DNA from: Podarcis vaucheri
Taxonomy: Eukaryota
Assembly (NCBI GenBank): GCA_965113315.1
Contig: OZ220374.1
DNA: 64,000 bases
Reading direction: 5' to 3' (one strand)
The notes beneath the pieces are model-generated. The model was not told where the DNA came from and ran no database searches. It saw only the letters and a list, made by a program, of their open reading frames with translations. Within the stretch, counting starts at the first letter, position 1. Each line of letters opens with the position of its first letter. Position numbers and translations under genes: made by a program. This document shows positions 26,046-38,430 of the stretch, one piece after another.

Positions 26046-27854
26046 AAAACTCGTAGCGTTTTTCAAGATGAGATTAAATTCAGATCTCGCCCATGACAAG
26101 GTCAAGCCACAGGGTTACCTATGAGAAGGAGGTGTGCAAAGTGACGGAGGACGCTGGGAAAAAACACCACACTAATATTTTTTTTCGTCCCCATAAAAAT
26201 GTAAACCAACCGGGGTTTCCCGCTACTTTTCCCTCCCCCCTAAAAAAAGTTCTTCTTAAAGCTCTTGACATATCAACTGGAAACGGTTTACACCCTGGAC
26301 CCGCATTTCCAAACACGCCACCCCCATATTTTGCTCTGAGGGCAATTTTATACCTCTTACCTATGACACTGCAACTCATCCCAACGCGGGTTCACACGTG
26401 AAAAAGCGGGGAGTGAGTTATTGGATTCGTGTCGTTCTAAAACTATGTTACTTTGGTTTTACTGTGGAACATTGCTTGAAAGGCTACCCATGGCTGCACC
26501 GGAGCCTGATGGACTACTGCAAAAGAAAACCTACAGGAGCCCCCCGCAACCTCTAAACGCACAGCCGCCGTCCCATCACCTTCCCCTCCTCGACCCTTAA
26601 AATGACAAACCTTCTTCCGCAAGAGCGGTTACCCTCTTGACCAAGTTCAAAAAAATTAAGCAGTTGCAAGGCCAATCATAAATGTTTGTAGAGGTGTAGT
26701 AGTGTTGAGTCTAACCGTGCTGTTGATAGGGAGTTATGGCGTGGAAGGTTTGACAGTCTCCTTTTGAAACCATTTCAGGTATTAATTCGCCATATATGGT
26801 AAGGAAACAATCACTGAAGAGTCAAACACATAGCCACGTGCATTAGCTCTCGTTTAAAAAACCCCAACAAAAATGAACAACAACTGTCGAAAAGTGGCCA
26901 TCCCTTTGGAGACAAATCATTATGTTCTTATTTAAATGCTTAAAGAAAATTAAAAACCAAACAAATAAATAAAAGTGCACGGTGGGGTGGAAAGAGAGGG
27001 AGAAAGAAAGACTAATCTAATAGCTCCAAAGGGGGAAACCGTAAAAGGAAGCTTCTGGCTTCTGTCTCACAAACTTTCTTCAGGAAATACCTGTGGAGAA
27101 GGACAGTTTGGCAAATACCACACAACACTTAATTGGACCCTGGATGTGTGCAATGCACTGAGATCAGATCATTAAAATAACTAGCGTTTTCTTTCCCTTA
27201 GAAGCCCAAGCAGAAGGCAAACAATGTAAATATGGTGGATTGGTTTTCAGATCTCTTTGTTCACTATTAAGTGTCGAAAGCCCTACTTAATCGCTCAGGC
27301 GGCAGAATCAAAGAACGGAGAGTTCCCTGGAGTTATTTTAAATATATATAAAAGAAGTATATTTCCCTGCAGGAACCAAAGCGAGAGTGAGAAATAGAGA
27401 GAGAGAGAACAACGAATTTTAAAAGAAAGAACTATTTAAAAGTCTATATCAGTTTACAAAGGATATTGTGTTTTATTGTAAAAGTCGCTTGCTGTCGAGA
27501 ATATCTGAATGTATATTTCATACGAGAATGGTGTTTTACAAGACTTGTACATTTTTAAATGATCCGTTTTGGTTGGTATATGTTTTTTTAACGGTCCTTT
27601 TCCTTGGAAAATGTCGAGTTTGTCCTTTTTTTAAAAAAAAAAAATTATGTGCAAGAAAGATAAGGTGACTAGAATGTTGTAAGAACCACCAGCTTCGAAA
27701 AGGGACACGATTTCTTTTACACGGTTCACAAAACGCAATACCTTTATATTCCAACACTGTTTGAAGATATGTATCGTCATATATGTAAATACGGTTTCTT
27801 TTACTATGCGAAGGTCTTTCGTGGCATGTATACAGTGGTACGGCGCACAACGAA

Positions 27855-27860
27855 AATAAA
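27855..27860 (+). terminator. Likely HoxA11 polyadenylation signal
   Basis: AATAAA at the end of an AU-rich 3' UTR block, with TGTGTTGT downstream. Confidence 0.5.
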
Positions 27861-29237
27861 CATGTGGGAAATTTATAATAATAATAATAATAATTTTTTT
27901 TAATCCTTGTGTTGTATTCATGGATATTCCTTGATCTGGGCTCTGAGAGTTTGAATCATGGCTCCTGAATGGGATGCTTTCATGGAAATTCCATTCACCT
28001 ATTGCTTCTGGTCCTTCAGGATAAGGCAGTGCAACATGTCTGGTATTTATGAATGCGTAGGCAGACTGCAGCGAGCTTGAGGCCAGGTTTCACCGGTTTG
28101 TAGAAGTGGGAGGGGGTGAGGATCACTCCTTCATGTAACTGCAGATTACAGGCTTTATACATTTGCTCACAGGTGTAAAACCTATTAGAAAAGCTGGTGG
28201 TTTTTTCTGGGCTCGTCCGCTCTTGTTTATCTCGGGCGCCATGTTTCTGAACACACTCCTTTAAGTGCTAAGAAATGTTTGTGGCAGGATCTGATCCCCA
28301 AAACGCAATGATAGAGAGGCAGAATGAAGCATACTGGTTGAAACGTGTTGGCTCCTATGTGGTGACTCCTAAGGGAAGAGGATGGGGAGGCATTCCTCGT
28401 GTGAGTGAGGCCCAGATGGGCTGTGTGTGGTTTTCGTTCTTAATCTCTCGAGCGGGGGTGGAAATTAATTTTTTTTAAAAAAAACCACCGAAGACCTTTT
28501 TGAGGATGTGGCATGAGGTTGATTTTCCTCTCTTACACTTAATCAGGAGAGAAAGTACATACTGTTTTCTCCTATTGTTTATTGGCTTTGAACTTCTGTA
28601 TTGCTTTGGACATCACCCATAACCTTGAGGTGAAGGGCTAACTGGCTCTGGGCTTTTGCTGACAACCCCCACCTAAGCCAGACAGCGTCTGGTCAAAGGA
28701 AATGTACAAAGATGAAGCGCAGGGGGAGAGAGGAGAGAGAGAATGGAGCTCACTTGCTTGCTTGTTTGTTTATTTGGCTAGCATGCTACAAAGGAATGCA
28801 ACTCTTAAAAGGGAGAGATAGAAAGATAGATAGAGAGGGAGGAGAGAAAGAGAGGGAGAAGACAGGGAGAGGAATAGGCGGGTGGCAATAAATGTTCAGG
28901 CAGCAACTTCCTTTGCTAGTTAAAAATTAACTGGTTATTCATCTCTAGGTTGACTCATGGAGTTTCTCCAGTTTTGTGGAGAGGCTGCTGGTGATTTCCT
29001 GGCCCAGTTAAAAAAAGGTGGGGGGACATCCCATATGTGTTGCCGGGACAATGCAGCTATAAAAGTGCCCTCGACTCCCCCCCCCCACTTCTATTTGCAT
29101 ACTGGGAAAGCTGGGCTATAAACGAGACCGAGGTTTGTTTCAGCCATCTCTGAGGGTAGATCCGCGAAGGGCAATTGTCTGCGCTAGCATCCGTTCGTTT
29201 AACGCGGGGCATTTGGAAACCGGCTGGCAGGTCAGCT

Positions 29238-29272
29238 CTGCGGAGGAACGCTGTTGCCACAAGATGGCGTTC
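29238..29272 (+). promoter_or_regulatory. Putative CTCF site between HoxA11 and HoxA10 (10|11-type)
   Basis: Core TTGCCACAAGATGGCGTTC 29254-29272 with a CTGCGG upstream module 6 bp before it; also contains YY1-like AAGATGGCG. Confidence 0.7.
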
Positions 29273-30881
29273 TTCAGATCAATGTCAAAGCCGCAGTGGG
29301 AGAAGAGGGGGAGAGGAAGGGGGGGGGTTGAAATCTTGGCCTTTGTTCCCCTTGCGTTCTAGGAGCTGCACATTATATTATTTCACTTTCCACGCTCAGA
29401 TTTGCAAAGGTAAGGTGAAGCCGATTGCTCACTCCTTCACGGAGAAGCACAAGCGTTGAGCCAAGGAGGTTCTCTCTCACACACACTCTCAAGGCTGACT
29501 ACTCCGGGCTTCCAGCGCTTCCAGAGGGTGAGTATTTCCTTTGAGGCTAAGTTTGGTTGATTAAAGAGGAAGCAAGCTCTTATCAAGGTGCAGCTGGAGT
29601 GACCTCTGGTCTACTTGCTCTCGATTAAGTCCTTTCACGTTTATTTTAATTTCTTTTTGGAAGTGGAACTCCAGGGGTGTGGTGTCTTTTCGGAAAGCCA
29701 GTCATTAAAAGGTTGGCTGTGGAAAGTATTGTTTGAAGGCTTGCTAAGTTTAGAGAGCAACTCCTCGAAAGGAGTGGAGAAAAGGTTTTCAGGTTGAAGG
29801 TCTGCCAAGCAGTTCACGCGGTGGTGAAACAAGCGTAGGTAGGCCAAGACGGCGGCTTTCTTATAAAAGCTGCATCCCTGGGAATACAGGATTATGGATG
29901 TCCACGTTTGTCTGGAGGACGCTAGGTGTCTTCTATCAACTAGATCTATAGCGGCGTAGACTGAAAATGGCAGCTATTGGACTTGAGCTGTGGTTTGCTC
30001 ATTCCAGTTTGGCCGAGTTCGCCCGCCTATGGTTGGTTTACAGCGATATTTATTAAATGCCTTTTTCTTCCGAGGCAGCGTCACTCTCCTCCACTCTAAG
30101 CAGAAGAAGCTGGAAATCGATATAGCTGGATGTAGAGTAAAAGCTCCTTTCGCTTAACACCCCCACCTCGGAGCGATCTCATGTAAAGCCAATTCCTGGG
30201 TGGAGGCTGAACTTAAAATATCTCTGTTGATCCTGTCTCTATTGATCTGCAGTGTACTTGCTGTAGAAATATTCTGAGAGCGGAGCCATAATCTGGAAGG
30301 CCTAGCCCTTGTACACAATAACAGGAAATTTACTTGACACTTGGAGCTACGGTCATCAACATACTTGCTGCAGCGAATTTGCAGGGATCTCGTGTTATGA
30401 TTATTCTGAGCGGGCCAATTACTTATATAGGATTGAGGGATATCTAGTTTTCTCTAGATTGCTGCCTATTATACAACATCCAGAGGGGATATTCTTGAGC
30501 TTCCTTTTGCATAAAGCGCCTGGGATCAGATGCTAACGGTGAAGAGTTACCAGTGTAGCACCCAGGATAGATTAGGAGGAGCAGTCCTGATTTCTTAAGC
30601 AGTCGACGAGTTGACCTTGGGATAAATTACAGATTACAGAAGCTCGCGATGAGATTGTCCCCCTCCACTTTACCGCATTCAGATAGGCCCAACTTTATTC
30701 GAGCAGTCTGCCTGTGGCATTAACTTCTTCGGCTTGCATATTTTGGTCCGAGTCATGTGTTATGTTAGAAAGTCTCTTATCTTGGCCACGCACCGCCCTA
30801 GTGAACTATGATTTCTGAAGTCCAGTGTTAAAGCTTTACTCGGTTATTATGGTGGGGTGGAGGAGGCGAGGCGGGAAGACG

Positions 30882-31219
30882 GAGGGAACTTTCCTTCAGT
30901 GTTTATGGAAACAAAGGCAACCGATTCATAGGAGGGAAACGTTCCGCCCAGGAACTTTCTTGCATTTATTTAATCAATTTCTTAGGTCTCATTATCAAAT
31001 AATTTCACCAGCCAGCTCGTGCTTCTGTAGTAGTAGCATGGTGTCCTCTTCTCCGAGGGAACTTTCCTCCAGTGCTTATGGAAACAAAGGCAACCGATTA
31101 ATAGGAGGGAAACGTTTAGTCCAACAACTTTCTTGCTTCTATTTAATCAATTTCTTAGGTCTCATTAGCAGATCACGTCACCAGTTACCTCGTGCTTCTG
31201 TAGTAGTAGCATGGTGTCC
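30882..31219 (+). repeat. Two-copy direct tandem duplication, period 173 bp
   Basis: GAGGGAACTTTCC...GTAGTAGTAGCATGGTGTCC at 30882-31046 and 31055-31219, with scattered substitutions. Confidence 0.95.
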
Positions 31220-34200
31220 ACAAAAAAATGATAAAAATTTAAGCATAGCAAACTCAAATGAGAGGTTTTCCCCTTCATTTTAACAACAACAAGAAGAAAG
31301 AAAAAGAAACCAGCAAAAATGAATAAATACGTGTATTCAGAAGCATACCTTTTTCGTTTTGGTTGCTTCTCTTTCTTTCATTTCATCCAAAAATATAAAT
31401 AATAATCAGGTTTCCACAGTGGTTAGTCTCTAGATATCCTCTGGTGGTAAAATTAAGTTTGCTGTAGATCTAGGTCAGAAAGCAACCTTCCTTGTAGCTG
31501 ATTCCTTATATTCACTCTTCCCCACCCGCTTCGATATCTAATAAGCTGGGATAGTGTGCTTGGGGGAAGAGGGTGAAAATGACTCTACGTTTATAATATG
31601 CTGCGATTGCTTTTTCGCACACAAGCACGCCTAAGGGTCTTTAAAGAGGCGTCTTCCACTTCGACGTCTCCTTCGGATATCGTGTATTCCCCATCCCACC
31701 CCAAATCTGTGCAAAGGAAATGCCTCTGAGAACGAACCATGGCCGAGCTTCAATATAATTTTATATTATAATTTTACGTTGTAACTTAGAAATGCAAATA
31801 GATATCCCTCCGCGAACAGCTGCTGCCTCGTAGTTTGAAATAGAGTGCCAAACCCACGTTGAAAAGAAAAGAAGCATAGGTTCAGACATGCGCCTCGCTT
31901 TGACTTCAATATTATTGCCTAGCCTAAATTATTCGAAGGGAGAAATCCAACTTTGCTGGAGTCAGATCAATGCACTCTCTCCAAATTTCGTTGCTATGTG
32001 CACAACATAATAGGCTACTAGAACCAGACGGGAGTCTACGACACAAAATGCTAGATACGTGTCTGCTAGCCTGGAGCTAGGCTTGCAGACCCAGAAGTGA
32101 GTCGCATTAAATTCAATAGGGCTTCAAGTCTCAGGTTAAGTGTGCGCAGAACTGTAGTATTTAATAACTTTCTTATGCTCCGGGATCCTCTAACTTAGGC
32201 CTTGGAATGGCCTTATTTTGAATGTGAGCCCCACTGAGACCTGAAAAGACTTGTGCTCTGCTCCCATTCCTTAGGAGACGTTAATTTGGGAGAGATGCCC
32301 TTGACTTCAACTGAATTTACGTCCAAGTAAACACGCATTCATATACGTCTGTGGTCCCAGCCACTCTCGCGCGGAAGGATGTGCTATTGAAACCAGCAGG
32401 ACTTCCTTCCCGACCGACGCGTTTAACACTGGGGTGCCAGGCTGCGATCCTGCGCTCGGTTGCCCGCACATAAATCCCATCCCTATCAGAGAGAAGAAGG
32501 AAGGTAGTCACCAGCAAACCGGTGAGCAGGATTTCAGCCAGACCAGAATCCCAGCTGCCAGGAAAAAAAATGGGCTTAAGGTGCAAACGAAGTCCAAATT
32601 TTAAAGGAAATAAATCTCCCAAACCCGATCGTCGCTCACTCTTTACCCTTCAGGCCCTCTCCCCCCTTCCCCCCTCCTTTTAACCTGAAAGAATTTCGAA
32701 GCGAAGATAAAAAATTACTTCGGTAGTCGTTTGACACCTTTTCTTGGCGCAGAGATGCAGTTCTTAAAACGCCTGATGGAAAGCCGCCTGTTTGGAAATT
32801 TTTCCAGAGGGAAAACTGCCTTGGCACACAGTCACATTCTTGACAACTGACACTTTTAATATTAAATAAGTGCGCACTGATTGTATTAATTTGGGTGGAG
32901 ATTTACAAAATGCAATCTGCGGCTATATATTTAAAGGCAGGCAGCCTTCCGACTCCCATGATAGCTTTTACACTTTTTCCTTCCTCTCCGCGCACCCCCC
33001 CCCCGCCACCGCCAGCCCCTTTCCCGCAAAACCTCAATTTACCCATGTCAGAAATATAAAGCCCGTTTTAATTACCGGTAGCATACAAAATAGCATCCCT
33101 TTCTTAACAATGTTGTACCTTTTTAGTTCCTCCTGGAAATAAGGAGTGGATAAATCATTCTCTTCAGCGAGTGGGATTTTAAAAGAAGAGAGACAGAAAG
33201 TGGTGTGTGTGTGTGGGGGAAATCCCTCCTTCGATCTAACTTGGCTTAAGTTATTGTGTCTTCCTTAGCCCTTCCAGTCTTTTTTAATTTTCAGTTCAAA
33301 CTCATAAAACAGCCTAACGACTGTACTAATGCAGCCATTATATTTCTCTTGGACCAATAACTGTGGTGTTGTTGTTGTTTAAAAAATTAATAGGATATCT
33401 GTGTCTCCGCAGTGTACAAAAGCTCGTCTCCCCACCCCTCACCTCAAACTACCAGCCCTTTGGGTGGCTTCTGAGAGTCTTCGGTCCATTCCATAACTCA
33501 ACTAAGGAGACTCTAGGCTTTGCCGACCCACATGTTCCAGCGCAACCTGGTTGTAGAGCTGGCTGGTTGTTTGCTGGTGCTTAACCCGCCAACCCTCCAC
33601 CCACCCACTTCCCAATCTCCCAGACGAATTTGTTGGCAGGAGCAGAATGAAAAAGCAGTCATTTCTCTTCTCCCCCCCCCCCCGCGCCCTGCATAATAGT
33701 CTCAAGAAATGCTATAAAGTCCTGGTTAATGTCCGAGACACATTGTTAAGTGTTTAAAATGTTACCGCTACACACAATGCACGCCAAAGTAGTTTAGTTT
33801 GCTCTAGAATTGACCATTATCTTTTATAGTTAAAAATCAAGTGCACATTATTAGTTTTACTTCACTGGCTTTGACGATGCTTTTGGCCTTGTTAGCGATT
33901 AAAGAAAAAGGCGCCGAGAGCCGAGTTCACGAGCTCCTCCTCGCGCGGTCCAAAAGCTTCCCCGAGTCAAATGCTAGCCTTCTCTTTACCATTGACCTCC
34001 CCGGGCTTTGGATCCGGCCCTGGGTGCCTTGACCATCAAAGCCCAGACGCTTTGGGTCCCACAAACGCAACCATAAAAGGGGGCCCTGGATACGAGGGGC
34101 CGCTTCCTTATTGCCTTATACTTTGAGTGAAAAGGAACCAACAGTACCCTTCATTGCAGAGGGTGTGTGTGTGTGTGTGTCCAGCTGCAAGCGGTTCTAA

Positions 34201-36564
34201 CCTGAAAGAGAAGAGGTTTCAAACCATTTTCCTAGCCCCGCTCCTCTGGTTTCGACCGCCGGTTTCCCCTTCGAGTCTTCTCTTGAATCTTAAGAGCAGA
34301 AACCGAGTCTTGCTGGGATGGATCCGACCAAAGGTCCAATTGACCTCCAAAGTGGCCCACGGGATGCCCCTGGACCTCTTTGAAACGGGAAATGGTCAGT
34401 CGCCCATGCACTTATGAGGTGCGAATTCCCGTACTGTATCTCCAGGTTTTTCGCCTTCGCTAGACTCACGAATCGGCTCGACCTTCACTGTAGCACTTAT
34501 TTAAAGAGAGGAATGGCGGAAGGGAATTCTTTCCATTGGGATCTATAGATTCGCAATCTTTTTATTTGAACTGGGGGGTGATTATTATTTTTAAACAGAC
34601 TTGTAGTATCTTTTCTTTATTCGCCAACGGACCCTTCCCCAGGTAGACGGTTGTTGTTGTTGTTGTTGCATAAGTAGCAAGATTTTTCAAGGCATGCGCT
34701 TCATTTCTTTTGGATCTGGCAGATGAGGGGTGAAGGCGGGGATCAACACACAGCACAGAGGGAGGAAATTCCCCCTCCTCGAAGTTTTGATCTACCTGAT
34801 TTTAGCCCCACCAAGTCCTGGGAAAGGCGAAGGTGGGCCGTGCGCGCGGGTCCCATTTCATTGCTCGGAGATCTGCTGTTACAACTCTAAGCCCATTGAT
34901 AATACGTTTCCAATGTGCTAGCCCATAAAAGTGCTCCTTATATGGCATTAATTTTGCTGGAAGTCATATTGCCCTCCTAGGAATCTGATAAGAACTTGTT
35001 CCTCACACATTAACACAGTGTAAGTTAAGTCGAGTTGGGGAAACACGGACAATATTACTCCAGGGTGTGGGGAAGGCTGCTGACTCCCTGCCTCTTGTTG
35101 TTCTGCCTCCATGCTTAACCTGTGCTGGAAGCCAGCAGAAGTGAAAAACCCAGGGTGCAATTCTTGGCTGGTGGGAGAGGAGATGATAGGTGAGGGTGAT
35201 GGGTATGGCAGCGGTGGAAGTGGCTTAAGAAGGACGTCTTGCCTTTCCATAAAGATTTTACGGGCCCGGCAAAGTTGCAACTATCTCTGCCAGGCTTCCC
35301 ATCCGACAAGCCAGAAACCTCAGGAGGCCCCCTTCGCGTTAACTTGCCTAGGAGAAAACTCGCGTTCTGTGTCCTGCTGTCTTCTGAATCTTTTAGAAGC
35401 TAAGCGGAGGGGAATCCCAGAAGAAAGGGAGGGAATTTCCCCACTTTTGTAGGCAAAACCAGCCCTCCGTGGAAAGGGGGAAATGTGCGGAGTGGCATAT
35501 GAGCATTTTGCAGGACTCGCCCTGCATTGTATGAAAGCCAAGGGTAAGCCGTGCCAGAGAGAGAGGGTATATCTGAAAGCCACCCTCTCTGCTGCACTCA
35601 CTACACCGAAGGCTTGGTCAGGAAAATAAGGCAGCGCCTTTGCCTCCCGATTCCCTTGGCATTCTTAGCGCTTTTGAGGGCTTTATGGACGAGGGAGTGG
35701 GTGCCAAAACGGAACCGAGCAGAAGATTTACAGCACAATATTGAATTGTTCAAAAGAATATTCCTACTCGCTTGGGAGCAGAGACAGGCGATCATTTAAA
35801 TCCTACCAGCTGGGGCGGTTTGGAAGAAGAGATACTTAACGCAGGGATTTGTAACCTAAAAAAAAAAAGTTAAACAAATATTTGTTTTATTTTCTTAAAA
35901 AATAATAATTCTAAAAGACTCCATGGGCAATAAGAGATGTTATTTCTCTCAAGTTTTTATTATTTCCAAACAACGCGTGCCAAGAACATGAGAGACAGAG
36001 AGGCAGAGAGAGAAGTGGAGCCATTCTTTCGCTCTCTCTCTCTCCCCCCCCCAATTAAAAAATCTGTCTATCTGCCCCCGTCTGACGGGCTCACTCTCTT
36101 GTCTGCTAGTTGTCTACCACAATTACGAACTGGCTACACAGTTTTGTCTGACAGTCCTTTTTAGCCTTTTATGGGTTGAGAATGAGGATATTTTGAGATA
36201 ATTTGCTTGTGGCGCACTTTTGAATCTATAGTGGGTGTGCGATTATTATTATACTCCCCCTTGGGGGGAAAAGAAACAATTCCGAACACTAACCATTAGA
36301 ATTTAATGTTAATCTGAGGATATCTCGCATCCACGTTCTGTGAGACCTTTTGCTATCCTCGTCCCTACAAGGCACACCAGATATTTCTGCTTCGCATGTT
36401 AGTTTAAGACCAGATACGGAAAACTTCGATGCAATGCTTGCTTGCTGGGTCAACAAAGATGGACTCATATTGTTACTGTTGCTTCTGCGGCGCTAGACAG
36501 GAATATTTCACAGTGGCGCTCCTCAGCCTCTCTGCCAGGCGGGGGTTCACTTCTGAGCCGGTAT

Positions 36565-36652
36565 TTCTATATGTACACTTAGCTGAAAGTAAACCCACCC
36601 ATCCCACACTGAACACAGTGGGACTTGCTTCCGCGTAAAACACGTATAGGCC
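36565..36652. mobile_element. Degenerate copy of the same repeat family upstream of HoxA10
   Basis: AAGTAAACCC...CACTGAACACAGTGGGACTTGCTTCC. Confidence 0.5.
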
Positions 36653-37457
36653 AATATTCAAAGATGGGAGCCAGGCTTGAGAATTTTCTTCATTAGTGTC
36701 GTTGTCATCTTGAGGAGACATTGGGTGACTTTATGATGTCCGTAAGCCTTCGGTGCTAGTGAGGAGGTCAGACTGGTTTAGAACTTCCAGTGGCCCATGA
36801 TGCCATAATCACCGCCACTAAAAATAGGTAAGCAAAAGCGTGTCCCAGGGCTTGACAATAAATACTGAGGTTTTAATAATTTCATCACAGCCATGGGCTG
36901 TATGAGATGGGACTGGGAGAGCAAAAGGGGGAGGGGGGAATGTTGGTGGCGAGGTGGCAGAAAGAGAGAGAGGAGTTGGGATGTTGAAAGGTTCACTTAC
37001 AGCTCGCTTTACGACCTGAACGCTTAATATGCTCCTTTGCAATTTTATATTAGCGCATATACTTAAAGAGGAAGCCTGGCTAAATTATGGGTTGCATTAA
37101 AATCGGGGCAAATTGTTTTCTATTGTTTGTCTCCCCTTTCTCCTCCGTGTGCGCGAGAGCCCACGCGCGCCTTTCCCCCTCCTTTGCTCACACGCAGGCA
37201 AAAGACAGCCTATATGTGGCAACATCAATTGTACCCCGGGTACCTAGGCAAGGGCAGCTATGTGGCACCATCGATTACACACACACACACATACACACAC
37301 ATATATATAAAATTCAGCAGTGGACCTGAGAGCAGCTCATTGCCTACGAAACCAAACGGGGAGGGGTTGCTGGCGAGGGCTGGGATTCCATTGGCTGCAC
37401 GCACTCGCCGTGGCGCGGGGGTATCTCTAATCATATCCAGCATGTTTTGCACAAGAA

Positions 37458-38430
37458 ATGTCAGCCAGAAAGGGCTATCTGCTCTCTTCGCCAAATTATT
37501 CCACCACGGCCATGGCATGCTCGGAGAGCCCCGCTGCAAACTCTTTTTTGGTGGACTCCTTGATCAGCTCAGCCTCAAGCAGAGGGGAAGGCGGAGGAGG
37601 CGGAGGCGGGGGCGGCGGAGGAGTTGGAGGAGGAGGAGGCGGAGGAGGCGGCGGCTACTATCCCAACAACAGCGGTGTCTACCTGCCACAGGCGTCGGAT
37701 CTGTCCTATGGGCTGCAAAGCTACGGGCTTTTCCCGGTCCTGAGCAAACGCAATGAAGGCCCTTCTCCAAGCGTGGCTCCGGCTTCTCACGCCTACATGT
37801 CAGGGATGGAAGTCTGGTTAGATCCCCCCAGGTCCTGCCGCCTGGAAGAGCACGAGAGCCCGCAGGCGACCTCCTGCTCCTTCGCTCCCAACATCAAAGA
37901 GGAGAGCTCCTACTGTCTCTATGACTCCGAGAAGGGCACCAAAGAGGCGGCGGCCACCGACTTGTCCGTTTTCCCAAGGCTGAGCTCGGAGGTCTGCTCC
38001 ATGAACAACGTGACAGCCGCCGGGGTGCCCGTCCCAGGCTACTTCCGCTTGTCTCAAGCCTACGGCACCAGCAAGAGCAGCGGCAGCAGCAATGGCAGCA
38101 GCTACAGCAACAACAGCAACCACCACCACCAACATCATCACCAACAGCAGCAGCAGCAGCAGCAGCAGCACCATCCGGGGCGGATGGTGGTTCCTCCCCA
38201 GTTCGCCCCGCAACCTCAAGTGCGCTTTGAAACTCCGCCAGCGTTGACTCCTGCAGTCCCACCGCCGGATCCGGGGAGGAAAGACAGCGAGGATTCATCC
38301 CCGCCCAGCACCTTGGCTTGCGTGGCCCAAAGGGGTGAGGAAGAAGGACAAGCTTCCTCTTCGGCCCCCGAAGAACTCTCCCCGGCTCCTTCAGAGAACA
38401 GCAAGCCCTCTCCAGAGAAGGAAACGCTAG
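37458..38430 (+). CDS. HOXA10: Homeobox protein Hox-A10, exon 1
   Basis: MSARKGYLLSSPNYSTTAMACSESPAANSFLVDSLISS, plus IKEE and VPVPGYFRLSQAY Hox10 motifs; donor G|GTAAGC at 38430/38431. Confidence 0.97.

Noticed and set aside
30882-31219. Repeat resembling a CRISPR-like array, and a 173-bp period equal to the HoxA9 exitron length
   Set aside because: Only two long units with no repeat-spacer structure in vertebrate DNA; no similarity to the exitron, so the length match is coincidence
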